Virus record (IMG/VR): IMGVR_UViG_3300009183_000050
Location: 1-64,000 of that record
From: a virus
DNA: 64,000 nt
Strand: one strand, 5' to 3'
Both the position numbers and the translations under genes were made by a program. Under the pieces are notes generated by a model. It searched no databases. It saw nothing but the letters and a program-made list of their open reading frames with translations, and had not been told where the DNA came from. Below are positions 38,501 to 47,918 of this stretch, piece after piece; positions within the stretch are counted from its first letter, which is position 1, and each line of letters starts with the position of its first letter.

Positions 38501-41500
38501 CATATGGTAATAATCTTGGTAGAAGAGACCTTGCCTGTTCTGTTCAGAAGGCCTCAAATCGTAGATATACCATGCGTGATATTGGTGTTCTAGAAAATAG
38601 AATCAAAAACCTTGAGTATTATACAGGGTTAACGATGCTTGAAAAAGATGCATTGAATCTGAAGATCACTGACGATGCGGGTAATGATCGTTTCAAAAAC
38701 GGTATCTTCTTAGACACATTTAAGGACACCTCGCTCTCTGCTAAAGGTGCGAATCCAGATTTTAGAATTGTTGTTGATCCTAATGAATTGAGCCTTGTGC
38801 CTCTATATGTTCAAGAATCATGGAAGCACGAATATCTTTCAGGCTCTACAACTGGTACGGCTGTTGCTGTTAATAATAATATCATAACCTTTGCATATAC
38901 AGAAACTTCACAGTTCGTGCAACCAAAAGTTACTGATCATAGATTGCTTGAAAGAGGTACGTTCCTTTATAGAGGAGCATTAAATATTCTTCCAAATCAA
39001 GATATGTGGATTGATACGACTTATGCTCCTGATGAAATAGTTAAAATTGAAGCAAATAACTCCGGACTAAGTATCAGTGTAGGCAATTCAGCAAACGGCT
39101 GGACTGATGATAAAGACGCACAGGTCACTAAGAGTCTTCTGAATACCGACTGGGAATCTTGGAAACAACACATTACTGGTTATAAGCTCTATAAAGGTGA
39201 AGGCGCTTCTAAGGTTCTTTATGGAACGTATGCAAATGAAGAAGAGGCTAGGGACGCTGCCGCTACTTGGACAACAAAACAAAATCAAGGTTCGGCCACA
39301 CTCGAAACACTTTATTATAATGATAGAATTGGCACAAGCTACTACGCCAACTATAGCACAGATGATGCCGCCGGCTCATATAAGATGATCTCAAGCACGA
39401 AGATTCCATATATTAGACCTCAGACACTCTATGTTATAGGTGTAGGTCTGAAACCTTATAGTAAAGTCAAAGTATTCTTTGATGGCGTTAGCGTATCTGC
39501 TTATTGCAGGCCTTTGACCTACAAACAATTCGCGGTGCTTGCGGCCGGTTATTCGCCTATTGTAGGTGAATATTATGGAAGTCTTGGTGATCCGCTAATT
39601 GTTGATGATATTGGAAGAACTTTCTTTGAGTTCCATCTCACACAGGATGGTCCTCGTTTTAGAACTGGCGAAAGACGACTGTATGTTCTCGATGGTGATC
39701 AGATTGATCCTCAGCAAATCTCAGCCGAACTCGATGCATCTACAACCGCATCCGGTATCTTCGTTGCTGATGGTACTGCTCAGACATTACAGAGAACAGT
39801 CTATTCAACGTCAGGTTATGAAAGAACATATGGACCTGCATATGACAGGGCAAAAGAAGAATCTTCATATGCGGTTATGCCTAATACATGGACACCACCA
39901 CCCAAGCATGGTCACTGTTGCTTCAATCCAGAAGCTAAGGTTCTCATGGCTGACAAGACATGGAAAGCTATCCAAGATATTGTAGAAGGTGAAAAAGTTC
40001 TTGGTGATAATGGTCAGGTCAATACTGTTCAGAAGGTTAATGCACCTCGTATCGAAGATAGAAAACTGATCAAATTTGAAGGTATTGATGGTACCACATT
40101 CTTCTCAACCGATGATCACTTGTTTATGACCGACAAAGGTTGGAAAACATGGGATATTGAGGCTGTTAAGAAGTCTTATGATGATGGATTCAAGATCGAT
40201 TATGTGTTCTTGGAAAATGACAACAAGACATGCAGCATCGACCATAATGACAAACTGAAAGTTATTAAACCTGAAACTCTATCTTATGACTTCGTTCCTT
40301 ATGAAGGTGAGATAGGTATGCATGGTTATACCTCAGAAGATTTGGTCTATGACTTGACTCTTGACGGTAATATGACCTATATCGTTGAAGGTTATGTCGT
40401 TCATAACTGTTGCGTAGCATATGTTGTGTTCATCAAAGCACCTGATGAAGAAGAAGGTATATTCGTAACAAGTATGGATGTATTCATACATTCCAAATCT
40501 ACAACAAGAGGCCTATGGTTTGAAATCAGGGAAGTTGATAAGGGTGGAGGTATTACACCTACAACAATTCCAGGAAGTTCGGTACACTATGAGAATGCAG
40601 ATATCGTCGTTTCACCAAACGGTAAAGATAGCCCAATGCATGTTGTGTTCCCAAGACCAGTATTCTTGTTCAAGGACACCAACTATGCATTTATCGTCCA
40701 TTCCGATAGCCCAAGCCCGCTTGACGTTGATCCTGACACTTCAATCTGGATCTCTAGACTTGGTGAGACTGATATTAACACTGGTCAGAAGGTATCTGAT
40801 AGGCAAGCTACAGGTACATTCTATCAGACACTCAATAACCGCTCATGGGATCTAATTGATGGTCTAGACTTGACCTGCAACATCTATAGAGCCGTGTTCC
40901 CGAAAGATACTACAGCCAACTTCATCATTGGTAATGAACCAGTCGAAAAGTTCTTCATGGCCAATGCTTCTACTTCACTGAGTGGTAAAGTTGGTAGCTG
41001 GTTTACAACAGGTGATACTCTGACTGTAACTGGTGCTAACGGAACTATCGCTCTAACAGATAGAGTTCAAGGCAATACCTCAGTAGCTAATGCTAACGGT
41101 AATGTCGTAAATGTTATTAGTGCGACACAGTTTGCTGTATCTAAAACAAGATATCAGATTGGTGAGAAAGTAAACATCTACTATTCATCAAATAGCACAT
41201 ACAAGTGTTCTGCTACTGTTACAGCCATCTCAAACAGTTCAGCTAAGTTGTCTTACTATAATGAATCGGCCTCTAGTATCTACGGTGAGTTTAAAAATTC
41301 TACTGGCGGATTCAAAGTAGGTTCTGTGATTAGTGATATGATAGAAGGTACTACATATAGTGCCCAAGTAACTACTATTGATGATTATGCATATGGCGCC
41401 TTCAGTTATGAGCCAACTGTTCTCGACTTTGTTAAGACAAATATAAAATATGAAATGAGAACATATGCTAACGGTTCAACCTCAGTAGGCAGCTATAATT

Positions 41501-42147
41501 ATATCAGCCCTTCTGATACAACATATCTCTCTGATGAAAGGTCACTCTATAGCAGAACAAATGAATTGATCAATATTGGTGGTAACAAGTCAAACCAAAT
41601 CAGAGTGACTCTTATCACAAACTCTGAATATGTTTCACCCGTATATGACCTAGATACTTCACATACAATTTTCTTAGATAGTCAGATTAACTCAGACTAC
41701 TCAGGTGAAGATGGAAAATCTGGTGGTAATGCCATCAATAAATACATCTCACAGATTGTAACTCTTGCTGATGGTCAAGATGCGGAAGACCTGAAGGTCT
41801 ATCTGACAGCATATAGACCACCAAATACAGATGTTAAGGTCTATGTCAAGTTGCTTCATGCAAGTGATACCGATCCTTTCGACCAGAAATACTGGATTGA
41901 AATGACCAAAAATGGTACTGGCGAGTCATTATATTCATCTATCTCCGATAGAAATAACTTCAGAGAGTTTGTATATAACTTACCAACCTCAGTAATGGTC
42001 GGACCTGATGGGCAATCTCAATATACTAGCAATGGTATAGCGTTTAACGGCTACAAACAGTTCGCTGTTAAAGTTGTATTGCTTGGCGACAACTCAGCCG
42101 TCTATCCAAGAGTTGCTGATTTGAGATGTATCGCGGTACAGATGTAA
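35512..42147 (+). CDS. large virion structural protein (DUF4815/VrlC-like) with intein
   Basis: NVTPYYDDY..ILYKPG.AVQARELTQMQS, APGADR, RYTMRDIG.LE.RI.NLEYY, RFKNG, PRVADLR.IA. Confidence 0.88.
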   Translation: MVDPVLTAAQNASGNTTNLGNTGLTTNFNVTPYYDDYDPNDQYYRILYKPGFAVQARELTQMQSMLQSQIYRMGRHVFKDGTIVLPGGFRVRTNAGEKKGEPIDYVKIKTTNASNVSVNVNDLVGSTLTGATSNIKAYVIDVADSDGTTQNTKTVYVSYMSASSVDSNVRTFLAGETLTSANNGGAIVLDSDPVANTGYAGWFQIQEGVYFAKEHFIYFPTQSVVLDRYNPNPTCKVGFIVSEEIVNYNQDSNLLDPALEASNYSAPGADRFKLASTLSVLSIDDAAGLPDFVTLFTIKDGIMQISREKTDYNILGDAIAERTYNESGDYVVRGLNVQVQEHDRVESPVNNQGRYANGNNQLLIVNVDPGIGYVKGYQISNQDIVSIEVEKPTEYNNVASQITSTSMGQYLRVNEAVGSWQLDQGARVNFYDVVQKRITNNDVTTGQKWSVGAQTGNLIGSAVVNSVQYTGSGTLGYDAQYDIFLSDIKMIGANSTANIRSLYYDNTPHSDVGADVVGASNSTSNTTLRGLDQAALLYYVGSNSVKTARDINGNPTTIYNFNRTDGIAAALTFSTSGTTTITLSGNTTSQIPYGTVASLSQADKTQDFLVTLNQTFNIGPLWSATITSNGTRYLTSANANFTRMNVGDKIELAGNPNTWYISAISDDNHIMVSNTVPSYASGNLAFKAYKTGDIINMSGKGVLVGTERNIAATPTSLAFDLKETFPSTVAATITYQIASKQSTEVAKILKPNRFVKINCSTAGTSGPFSLGFADVYRIRNVIKKTGSAPSSLSDGTNVTRYFTLDNGQKDTFYDIAKLKKFNGYTLGATDFLLIELDYFEPSFSGRAGFFTVDSYPIQDNDANSSNSTIRTENIPLYISPTTGQKYDLRNNIDFRPIKAATATDTTVVASATINPSSNSSTYSFGASGLKFPVPSTEVIYDYSYYLGRKDVVIGTKNNRFAVVKGASSATPLIPETSDNNMILAVINVPPYPTVSPTYGNNLGRRDLACSVQKASNRRYTMRDIGVLENRIKNLEYYTGLTMLEKDALNLKITDDAGNDRFKNGIFLDTFKDTSLSAKGANPDFRIVVDPNELSLVPLYVQESWKHEYLSGSTTGTAVAVNNNIITFAYTETSQFVQPKVTDHRLLERGTFLYRGALNILPNQDMWIDTTYAPDEIVKIEANNSGLSISVGNSANGWTDDKDAQVTKSLLNTDWESWKQHITGYKLYKGEGASKVLYGTYANEEEARDAAATWTTKQNQGSATLETLYYNDRIGTSYYANYSTDDAAGSYKMISSTKIPYIRPQTLYVIGVGLKPYSKVKVFFDGVSVSAYCRPLTYKQFAVLAAGYSPIVGEYYGSLGDPLIVDDIGRTFFEFHLTQDGPRFRTGERRLYVLDGDQIDPQQISAELDASTTASGIFVADGTAQTLQRTVYSTSGYERTYGPAYDRAKEESSYAVMPNTWTPPPKHGHCCFNPEAKVLMADKTWKAIQDIVEGEKVLGDNGQVNTVQKVNAPRIEDRKLIKFEGIDGTTFFSTDDHLFMTDKGWKTWDIEAVKKSYDDGFKIDYVFLENDNKTCSIDHNDKLKVIKPETLSYDFVPYEGEIGMHGYTSEDLVYDLTLDGNMTYIVEGYVVHNCCVAYVVFIKAPDEEEGIFVTSMDVFIHSKSTTRGLWFEIREVDKGGGITPTTIPGSSVHYENADIVVSPNGKDSPMHVVFPRPVFLFKDTNYAFIVHSDSPSPLDVDPDTSIWISRLGETDINTGQKVSDRQATGTFYQTLNNRSWDLIDGLDLTCNIYRAVFPKDTTANFIIGNEPVEKFFMANASTSLSGKVGSWFTTGDTLTVTGANGTIALTDRVQGNTSVANANGNVVNVISATQFAVSKTRYQIGEKVNIYYSSNSTYKCSATVTAISNSSAKLSYYNESASSIYGEFKNSTGGFKVGSVISDMIEGTTYSAQVTTIDDYAYGAFSYEPTVLDFVKTNIKYEMRTYANGSTSVGSYNYISPSDTTYLSDERSLYSRTNELINIGGNKSNQIRVTLITNSEYVSPVYDLDTSHTIFLDSQINSDYSGEDGKSGGNAINKYISQIVTLADGQDAEDLKVYLTAYRPPNTDVKVYVKLLHASDTDPFDQKYWIEMTKNGTGESLYSSISDRNNFREFVYNLPTSVMVGPDGQSQYTSNGIAFNGYKQFAVKVVLLGDNSAVYPRVADLRCIAVQM
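39919..40407 (+). mobile_element. 163-aa mini-intein/Hint domain (no homing endonuclease)
   Basis: C1 CFNPEAKVLMAD; block B TDDHLF; VYDLTLDGNMTYIVEGYVVHN then +1 Cys. Confidence 0.85.
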
Positions 42148-42156
42148 GGTGTGATT

Positions 42157-42354
42157 ATGAGTATTAAGACTGATGTTCCTGGTGTCTATAAAGATGGTGA
42201 GGGAGTTCTTATAAATAAAGATAACGAAGCCCTTCGCGCTTATAGACACCAGAAAATGCAACGAAATAAGTATGTTGAGATTGAAGAAGAGGTGAAGGTC
42301 ATCAAAAGTGACCTTCACGAGATAAAAGAACTTCTAAAAGGATTGATAAAGTAA
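42157..42354 (+). CDS. conserved small T4-like protein
   Basis: IKSDLHEIKELLK; usual position after the DUF4815 gene. Confidence 0.75.
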   Translation: MSIKTDVPGVYKDGEGVLINKDNEALRAYRHQKMQRNKYVEIEEEVKVIKSDLHEIKELLKGLIK

Positions 42355-42999
42355 ATGGCAATCGCAAATGTAACGCTTAATGATACGTTCGATGAGTGGA
42401 GAACGAAAACTAACCAGCTTATCAATATCTATGATGAGACAAATCTTCTTGCGAGATCGTCATACAATGCTACCAATCTGTCTGTTGCAACAGCGGCTAA
42501 TATTGCGGCTAACATTCTCGTAACAAACACTATCTATACAAATATTATCTATACTGCTACGAATACAGCACTACCAATCGTTCTAACATCTAATACACTA
42601 CTGATTGCTACGATTGGTTCTTATGTCAATACAGCGGCTAACAACTTCCTATCTAACTCGAACCTAGGGCTTGCATGGCGTGGTGCCAATACCGCTCAGA
42701 CAGTTGCTAATCTAGCATTTGATAAGGCCAACACCGCAGGTCTCATCGCTAACCTAGCCTATGACAAAGCTAACACAGGCGGAGGTGGTGGAGGTGGTGT
42801 TGGTGGTTACTTCGTAGGTAATGATGGTCGTGTTGGTGCGGCTAATACGGTCAATAACATCTTCACTATTACAACACCATATCTAAACACTAATGTATAC
42901 TTCTCAACTGCTGAAAACTCATTCGCTGTTGGTCCTATCTATTTGAATGCGAATGCTTCAATCACAATCAATACTGGCGCCAGAGTCGTTATTATCTAA
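42355..42999 (+). CDS. fibre/structural protein
   Basis: DTFDEWRTKTN N-terminus, AYDKAN repeats, VGPI C-terminal domain. Confidence 0.7.
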   Translation: MAIANVTLNDTFDEWRTKTNQLINIYDETNLLARSSYNATNLSVATAANIAANILVTNTIYTNIIYTATNTALPIVLTSNTLLIATIGSYVNTAANNFLSNSNLGLAWRGANTAQTVANLAFDKANTAGLIANLAYDKANTGGGGGGGVGGYFVGNDGRVGAANTVNNIFTITTPYLNTNVYFSTAENSFAVGPIYLNANASITINTGARVVII

Positions 43000-43016
43000 A
43001 GAGGTTATAGAAACAA

Positions 43017-43796
43017 ATGTCAATTTTAAGAGTAGATAGTTTACAACTCAATGCCGCAGGCAATGCTGGTGTTTCTATATCAAATACTTGGAATGTATCG
43101 ATTAGTGCAGGCGGTCTAGAAGGTCTAGTTGTTCAGACAACTGGTGATGTTGTTGTTAATAACCGACTGATCATCAAAGCATCAGGTCTTAACTATGCTG
43201 TCAACACAGCTATCGAAAGCGCATTCAGCACAGCAAACACAGCACTATCTGTAGCCAGCAACTCTGGTGCAACTATTGCTATTGCGGCTTTTAACCAAGC
43301 AAACGTAGCATCTGCATCAAACCCTGTGGCGAATGCTGCATATACTCAAGCCAATGCGGCTTATGCTCAGGCTAACCTTGGCGGTAACAAACTCGGTGTT
43401 TCAGGTTTCTTCAACTTCAATGATGTTGAGCTTGGTGAAAACGTAAACATTTGGTCTAAGAACTTCACAGTAAGCATTGTATCAGCCAACAATGGTTCAG
43501 GTAACATCACAGCAAACGCTCATACATTTGTTGTCAATGATGTGGTTCAGTTCACCTCAACAGGCGGTACACCAGCTAACGTTAATACGAATGCTAACTA
43601 CTACATCGTAACATCTACCTCCAATGTCATTCAAGTGTCATCGACAAGAGCAGGTTCAACACTAAATCTACAGAACATTGGTTCAGGAACAATCGTAATC
43701 TACAAACCAGTCAATGCTTCTGCTGTAGGTCCAGTTTCACTCGCTAACGGATTTACTATCAATGTGGCCACTGGCTCCACACTAGCTGTATTGTAA
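43017..43796 (+). CDS. fibre/structural protein
   Basis: AYAQAN repeats; C-terminal NASAVGPV domain. Confidence 0.7.
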   Translation: MSILRVDSLQLNAAGNAGVSISNTWNVSISAGGLEGLVVQTTGDVVVNNRLIIKASGLNYAVNTAIESAFSTANTALSVASNSGATIAIAAFNQANVASASNPVANAAYTQANAAYAQANLGGNKLGVSGFFNFNDVELGENVNIWSKNFTVSIVSANNGSGNITANAHTFVVNDVVQFTSTGGTPANVNTNANYYIVTSTSNVIQVSSTRAGSTLNLQNIGSGTIVIYKPVNASAVGPVSLANGFTINVATGSTLAVL

Positions 43797-43805
43797 GAGG
43801 ATTAA

Positions 43806-44198
43806 ATGAGTACCTTTAAAGTAGACGTATTACAAAGCAGAAGTGGTGGAGCTACCACATTTACTGGTCAATATACAGCAAAAGCATGGGTAAACCTTAA
43901 TGCTTCATCAGGAACACCTACCGCTCGTTCTAGTGGAAATGTTACCAGTTTAACCGATAATGGTGTTGGAGATTTTACTACAAATTTCACAAACGCACTT
44001 TCAAGCGCAAATTATTCTGTGTCAGGATCTGCTAGTGTTTTTTCCGTTGGGGCTGGCGGGGCTACTGTTGTGGAAATATATGATGCGGCAGGAGGAGGGA
44101 CTAACCCTACTACGACTACCCTTCGGATTTATGTTCATCGTAGCGGTGTAAGTGCTGTAGACCAAACATATGTTTGTGTTAACATTATAGAAAATTAA
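43806..44198 (+). CDS. small fibre protein (AKAW domain)
   Basis: AKAWVN..SLTDNGVGDFTTNF. Confidence 0.7.
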   Translation: MSTFKVDVLQSRSGGATTFTGQYTAKAWVNLNASSGTPTARSSGNVTSLTDNGVGDFTTNFTNALSSANYSVSGSASVFSVGAGGATVVEIYDAAGGGTNPTTTTLRIYVHRSGVSAVDQTYVCVNIIEN

Positions 44199-44207
44199 GG
44201 AACCGTT

Positions 44208-44597
44208 ATGTCTACATTCAAAGCAGATTACATCATCGCAAGACAGGAAGAAATAGCTGGTAACACCAGCTCTATTCCAGTGAAAACCGTTGTCAATGGT
44301 ACAGCAAAAGCATGGGTAAACTTTAACGGAACTGGTACGATTGCGATTAGATCGAGTTTCAATACTTCAAGTATTACAGATGGTGGTGTTGGTATATACA
44401 CATCAAACTTCACAAACGCATTGAGTGATGCTAACTTTTGCCCAAGTGGTTCTGCCGGAGTGCCAGCAGGGTCAATAGGACAATTTCAGACTTACTGGGT
44501 AGCACCCACCGCATCGACTTGTAGTGCTTCTAGTCGCAACAATGCCGGTTCGTTTGCGGATTTTGATTATGTTGCCTTGTTGATTATGTATCGCTAA
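44208..44597 (+). CDS. small fibre protein (AKAW domain)
   Basis: AKAWVNFNGTG..SSITD.GVG.Y..NF. Confidence 0.7.
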   Translation: MSTFKADYIIARQEEIAGNTSSIPVKTVVNGTAKAWVNFNGTGTIAIRSSFNTSSITDGGVGIYTSNFTNALSDANFCPSGSAGVPAGSIGQFQTYWVAPTASTCSASSRNNAGSFADFDYVALLIMYR

Positions 44598-44627
44598 TAA
44601 ATATAAGAAAGATTCAGGAGTAAGTTA

Positions 44628-46265
44628 ATGTCAATTACAATTAGTGGTTCATCAGGTATCGTAGGTGCAAACGGAAGTGCAATCGCACCAGCCTTAACTG
44701 GTGGTGATTTTGATAGTGGCATTTTCTTTCCAAATCCAAATACAGTGGCCTTTTCAGCAGGTGGTACTGAAGTGTTTCGGGCGAATACTGGCGGGCTTTT
44801 TTCATCAACGACTGGTCTAATAGTTGGTGCCTCAACCAGTGTTATAGCCGATTATTTTAACGGTACAGGCTCTCAGACAGCATTCACACTTTCTGGAAAT
44901 CCAGCAACTAAAAACAACACAAGCGTGTATATTAGTGGCGTGTATCAGGCTAAGTCAACATACAGCCTAAGCACAACAACATTGACCTTCTCGACAGCAC
45001 CTCCTTCTGGCACATCTAACATTGAGGTTGTGTGGAATCTACCGCTTTCTATTGGCACACCTAGCGATGGCACAATAACAGACGCAAAGATCAATTCTTC
45101 TAGTAAACTTTACAATCGAGTTAATGATATTATTAGCGTTAAAGATTACGGTGCTACGGGTGATGGAAGCACAGATGATTCTGTTGCTATTCAAAACGCT
45201 ATTAACGCAGCCGCAAATAAATGCTTGCACTTTCCTGCTGGAATTTATTTTTGTGGAACAGCATCGTTTTCAATTACATCGCCAATTGAAATTAAAGGTG
45301 TTGGCGGTCCAGCTTCATGTAAATTAGTCAGAAGTTCAAATTCTTTTGGCAATTCATTATTTTATGCAACTAATGTTACTGGCGTTAACATCCGTGATAT
45401 ATGGTGTCATTATTCAAATGCTGCAACTGTTGTAAGCGCAGATCATGCAGCCATTCAAACATACACTTGTAACAATGTTCTTATTGAAAACGTATGGGTT
45501 ACTGGCCTTTGGTATGTTGGCATTGAAATAAGCAATTGCACAAAATCTGTAGTCAATAAATGCTCAGTTCGCGGTGTCCATAATCGCGCAATATATTGCT
45601 ACCAAGCCTGTAAAGACACTATTTTTTCCAATAACCATATAGATGGCGCAATTTATGGTGGTTCAACAAAGACAACAAGTTACGGAATAAATGTCAATCC
45701 AGCTTTAATAGGTACTATAAATAACATAGTAATATCAGATAATACAATTCGTAATACAGTTTCTCAAGGAATTTCTACTGCTGAACAAACTTATGGAATA
45801 ACTATTGTTGGCAATTCAATATCTGATGTTGGCACTTCTCATGGTATTCTTGTGCAAAAAGCTAATGGTTTTTCTACTACTCAAGTAATAGTGGTTGGTA
45901 ACAACGTAAGTGGATGTGGGCAATATGGAATTTATTTGACCGAAAGTTATTACGTTACTTGCACTGGAAACGTATCACAAGGAAACACATTAGCAGGAAT
46001 AGCTGGTAATTTTATTCAAAATTCTGTAATAAGCGGGAATATATTAGATGGTAATGGTGGAGATGGAATTTATTTAGGTAATAATTCTAATCGCAACATA
46101 GTTACTAGCAATATGTGTGTTGTGAATGTAGGTTATGGGTTAAAAATAGATGGAGCTACTAGTTTTTACACTAGATATAATGATAACTATTTTTACACAA
46201 ACACTGCTGGATCAGTTTCCGATACAGGAACAGGTTCTAGTGCCGGAACAAATCTAACAGTTTAA
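44628..46265 (+). CDS. tailspike-like right-handed beta-helix (pectate-lyase-like) protein
   Basis: SVKDYGATGDGSTDDSVAIQNAI..FPAG.Y followed by GI/N.I beta-helix repeats. Confidence 0.85.
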   Translation: MSITISGSSGIVGANGSAIAPALTGGDFDSGIFFPNPNTVAFSAGGTEVFRANTGGLFSSTTGLIVGASTSVIADYFNGTGSQTAFTLSGNPATKNNTSVYISGVYQAKSTYSLSTTTLTFSTAPPSGTSNIEVVWNLPLSIGTPSDGTITDAKINSSSKLYNRVNDIISVKDYGATGDGSTDDSVAIQNAINAAANKCLHFPAGIYFCGTASFSITSPIEIKGVGGPASCKLVRSSNSFGNSLFYATNVTGVNIRDIWCHYSNAATVVSADHAAIQTYTCNNVLIENVWVTGLWYVGIEISNCTKSVVNKCSVRGVHNRAIYCYQACKDTIFSNNHIDGAIYGGSTKTTSYGINVNPALIGTINNIVISDNTIRNTVSQGISTAEQTYGITIVGNSISDVGTSHGILVQKANGFSTTQVIVVGNNVSGCGQYGIYLTESYYVTCTGNVSQGNTLAGIAGNFIQNSVISGNILDGNGGDGIYLGNNSNRNIVTSNMCVVNVGYGLKIDGATSFYTRYNDNYFYTNTAGSVSDTGTGSSAGTNLTV

Positions 46266-46277
46266 AAGGAATATGCT

Positions 46278-46622
46278 ATGTTCGCTCTTGTAAAAGATCA
46301 AAAGATATTAGCGGTTGAGCATAGTGAACTTGCTCTTGCCCCTGAGATAGAACTTCATGGCGGAAAAATACTTCCTGTAATTCAATTTGTTCCACCGACT
46401 GATCATATTGCAGATGGTTCTGCTTGGTACGAATTATCAGGTGATACAGTCTATCAAAAAGCAAACTCAGTTTTTGCATTTTCCAATTATGCAGAAGCAA
46501 GAAAATTAGCATATCCCCCAATCACTGATTATATAGACGGCATTGTGAAAAATGATACGGCGCAAATAGCTGCGTATATATCTGCATGTTTAGAAGTGAA
46601 AGTTAAATATCCTAAATCTTAA
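46278..46622 (+). CDS. tail fibre assembly/chaperone protein
   Basis: R..AYPPI.D.ID...VK.KYPK motif. Confidence 0.7.
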   Translation: MFALVKDQKILAVEHSELALAPEIELHGGKILPVIQFVPPTDHIADGSAWYELSGDTVYQKANSVFAFSNYAEARKLAYPPITDYIDGIVKNDTAQIAAYISACLEVKVKYPKS

Positions 46623-46644
46623 TTTTGCACTGGAGGCTAAGTAA

Positions 46645-47736
46645 ATGGCACTGACACAAGTAACCAACTCAATGCTAGCCTTTGATGGTGGCCCTCTTGG
46701 TATGCGCAACCGCATCATCAATGGGAACATGGCAATTGATCAGCGCAATGCTGGGGCGCAGATTACAGCGGCTAATTTGACCAGCAGCACATATATGGTT
46801 GATCGCTGGCAGTATTTTTCGTCTCAAGCTGCAAAATTTACCGCGCAGCAAAACGCTGGAGCTGTAACAACGGCGGTAGGTTTTCCAAACTATCTTGGAA
46901 TGACGGTTGCATCCGCAGTCACTGTTGGCGCAACTGATTATTTTTCCATTAGTCAACCAGTCGAAGGGTTTAACTTTGCAGATTTCGCATGGGGAACGGC
47001 AAGCGCAAAAACCGTAACTCTTTCATTTGTTGTTTATAGCTCTTTGACAGGAACTTTTGGCGGCACTTTAAAAAATTCTGCCGGAACAAGGTCTTATCCA
47101 TTTACATATTCAATCCCGTCTGCAAACACTTGGACAACAATATCAGTAACAGTTGCAGGGGACACAAGCGGCACATGGGTAGGGGCAACCAATGGGATCG
47201 GATGTTATGTTCAATTTGGTCTTGGGGTTGGTTCAACTTACAGTGGCACGGCGGGTGCTTGGGCGGCAACAAACTATGTATCAGCCACTGGCGCAGTCTC
47301 CGTAGTCGGCACTGCAAGCGCAACATTCTACATCACAGGCGTTCAGCTTGAAGTTGGCTCTGTTGCTACCCCATTTGAACGCAGACAGTATGGTCATGAA
47401 ATCACTTTGTGTCAAAGATATTATCAAAAAAGTTACAATATTGATGTGGCCCCAGGTACGGCAGGTGCTGCTGGAGCCATAGGTAGTATATTAAATTCAG
47501 GAGGAGCTGGATATACAACCGCTCATCTTAAAGTGCCTATGCGAACAACTCCAACAACAGTAACAATATATAATGGATCGTTTACAGGTTCAACCGGAAC
47601 GTGGACGGACGGTGGAGCCGGAGCTCCCGCGACCAGCGCAAATCTTACTGGTGCAAGTAACATTGTATTTTATACAACTGGTGGTGCCGGATCATCAACA
47701 GTATTTGGCCATTTCACAGCAGCCGCGGAGCTTTAA
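46645..47736 (+). CDS. tail fibre protein with carbohydrate-binding-like domain
   Basis: RNRIINGNMAIDQRN, VDRW, GVQLEVGSVATPFE..E..LCQRYY. Confidence 0.8.
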   Translation: MALTQVTNSMLAFDGGPLGMRNRIINGNMAIDQRNAGAQITAANLTSSTYMVDRWQYFSSQAAKFTAQQNAGAVTTAVGFPNYLGMTVASAVTVGATDYFSISQPVEGFNFADFAWGTASAKTVTLSFVVYSSLTGTFGGTLKNSAGTRSYPFTYSIPSANTWTTISVTVAGDTSGTWVGATNGIGCYVQFGLGVGSTYSGTAGAWAATNYVSATGAVSVVGTASATFYITGVQLEVGSVATPFERRQYGHEITLCQRYYQKSYNIDVAPGTAGAAGAIGSILNSGGAGYTTAHLKVPMRTTPTTVTIYNGSFTGSTGTWTDGGAGAPATSANLTGASNIVFYTTGGAGSSTVFGHFTAAAEL

Positions 47737-47738
47737 TT

Positions 47739-47918
47739 ATGTATTCAAATGCAAAATATATTAAAACGATGGGTCAAAATGTAGTCATTGAAGTTCAGTT
47801 TAATAACGACATTATTTGCGTTCCTATATATGATGAAAATCCTGTTTATCAAGAGATTATGCAACTTGTTGAAGAAGGCAAACTTACAATCGCACCAGCC
47901 GATGAGGTATCTAACTAA
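47739..47918 (+). CDS. 59-aa fibre chaperone-like protein (not in ORF track)
   Basis: MYSNAKY...VPIYDENPVYQEIMQLVEEGKLTIAPADEVSN; TAATG overlap with next gene. Confidence 0.7.
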   Translation: MYSNAKYIKTMGQNVVIEVQFNNDIICVPIYDENPVYQEIMQLVEEGKLTIAPADEVSN

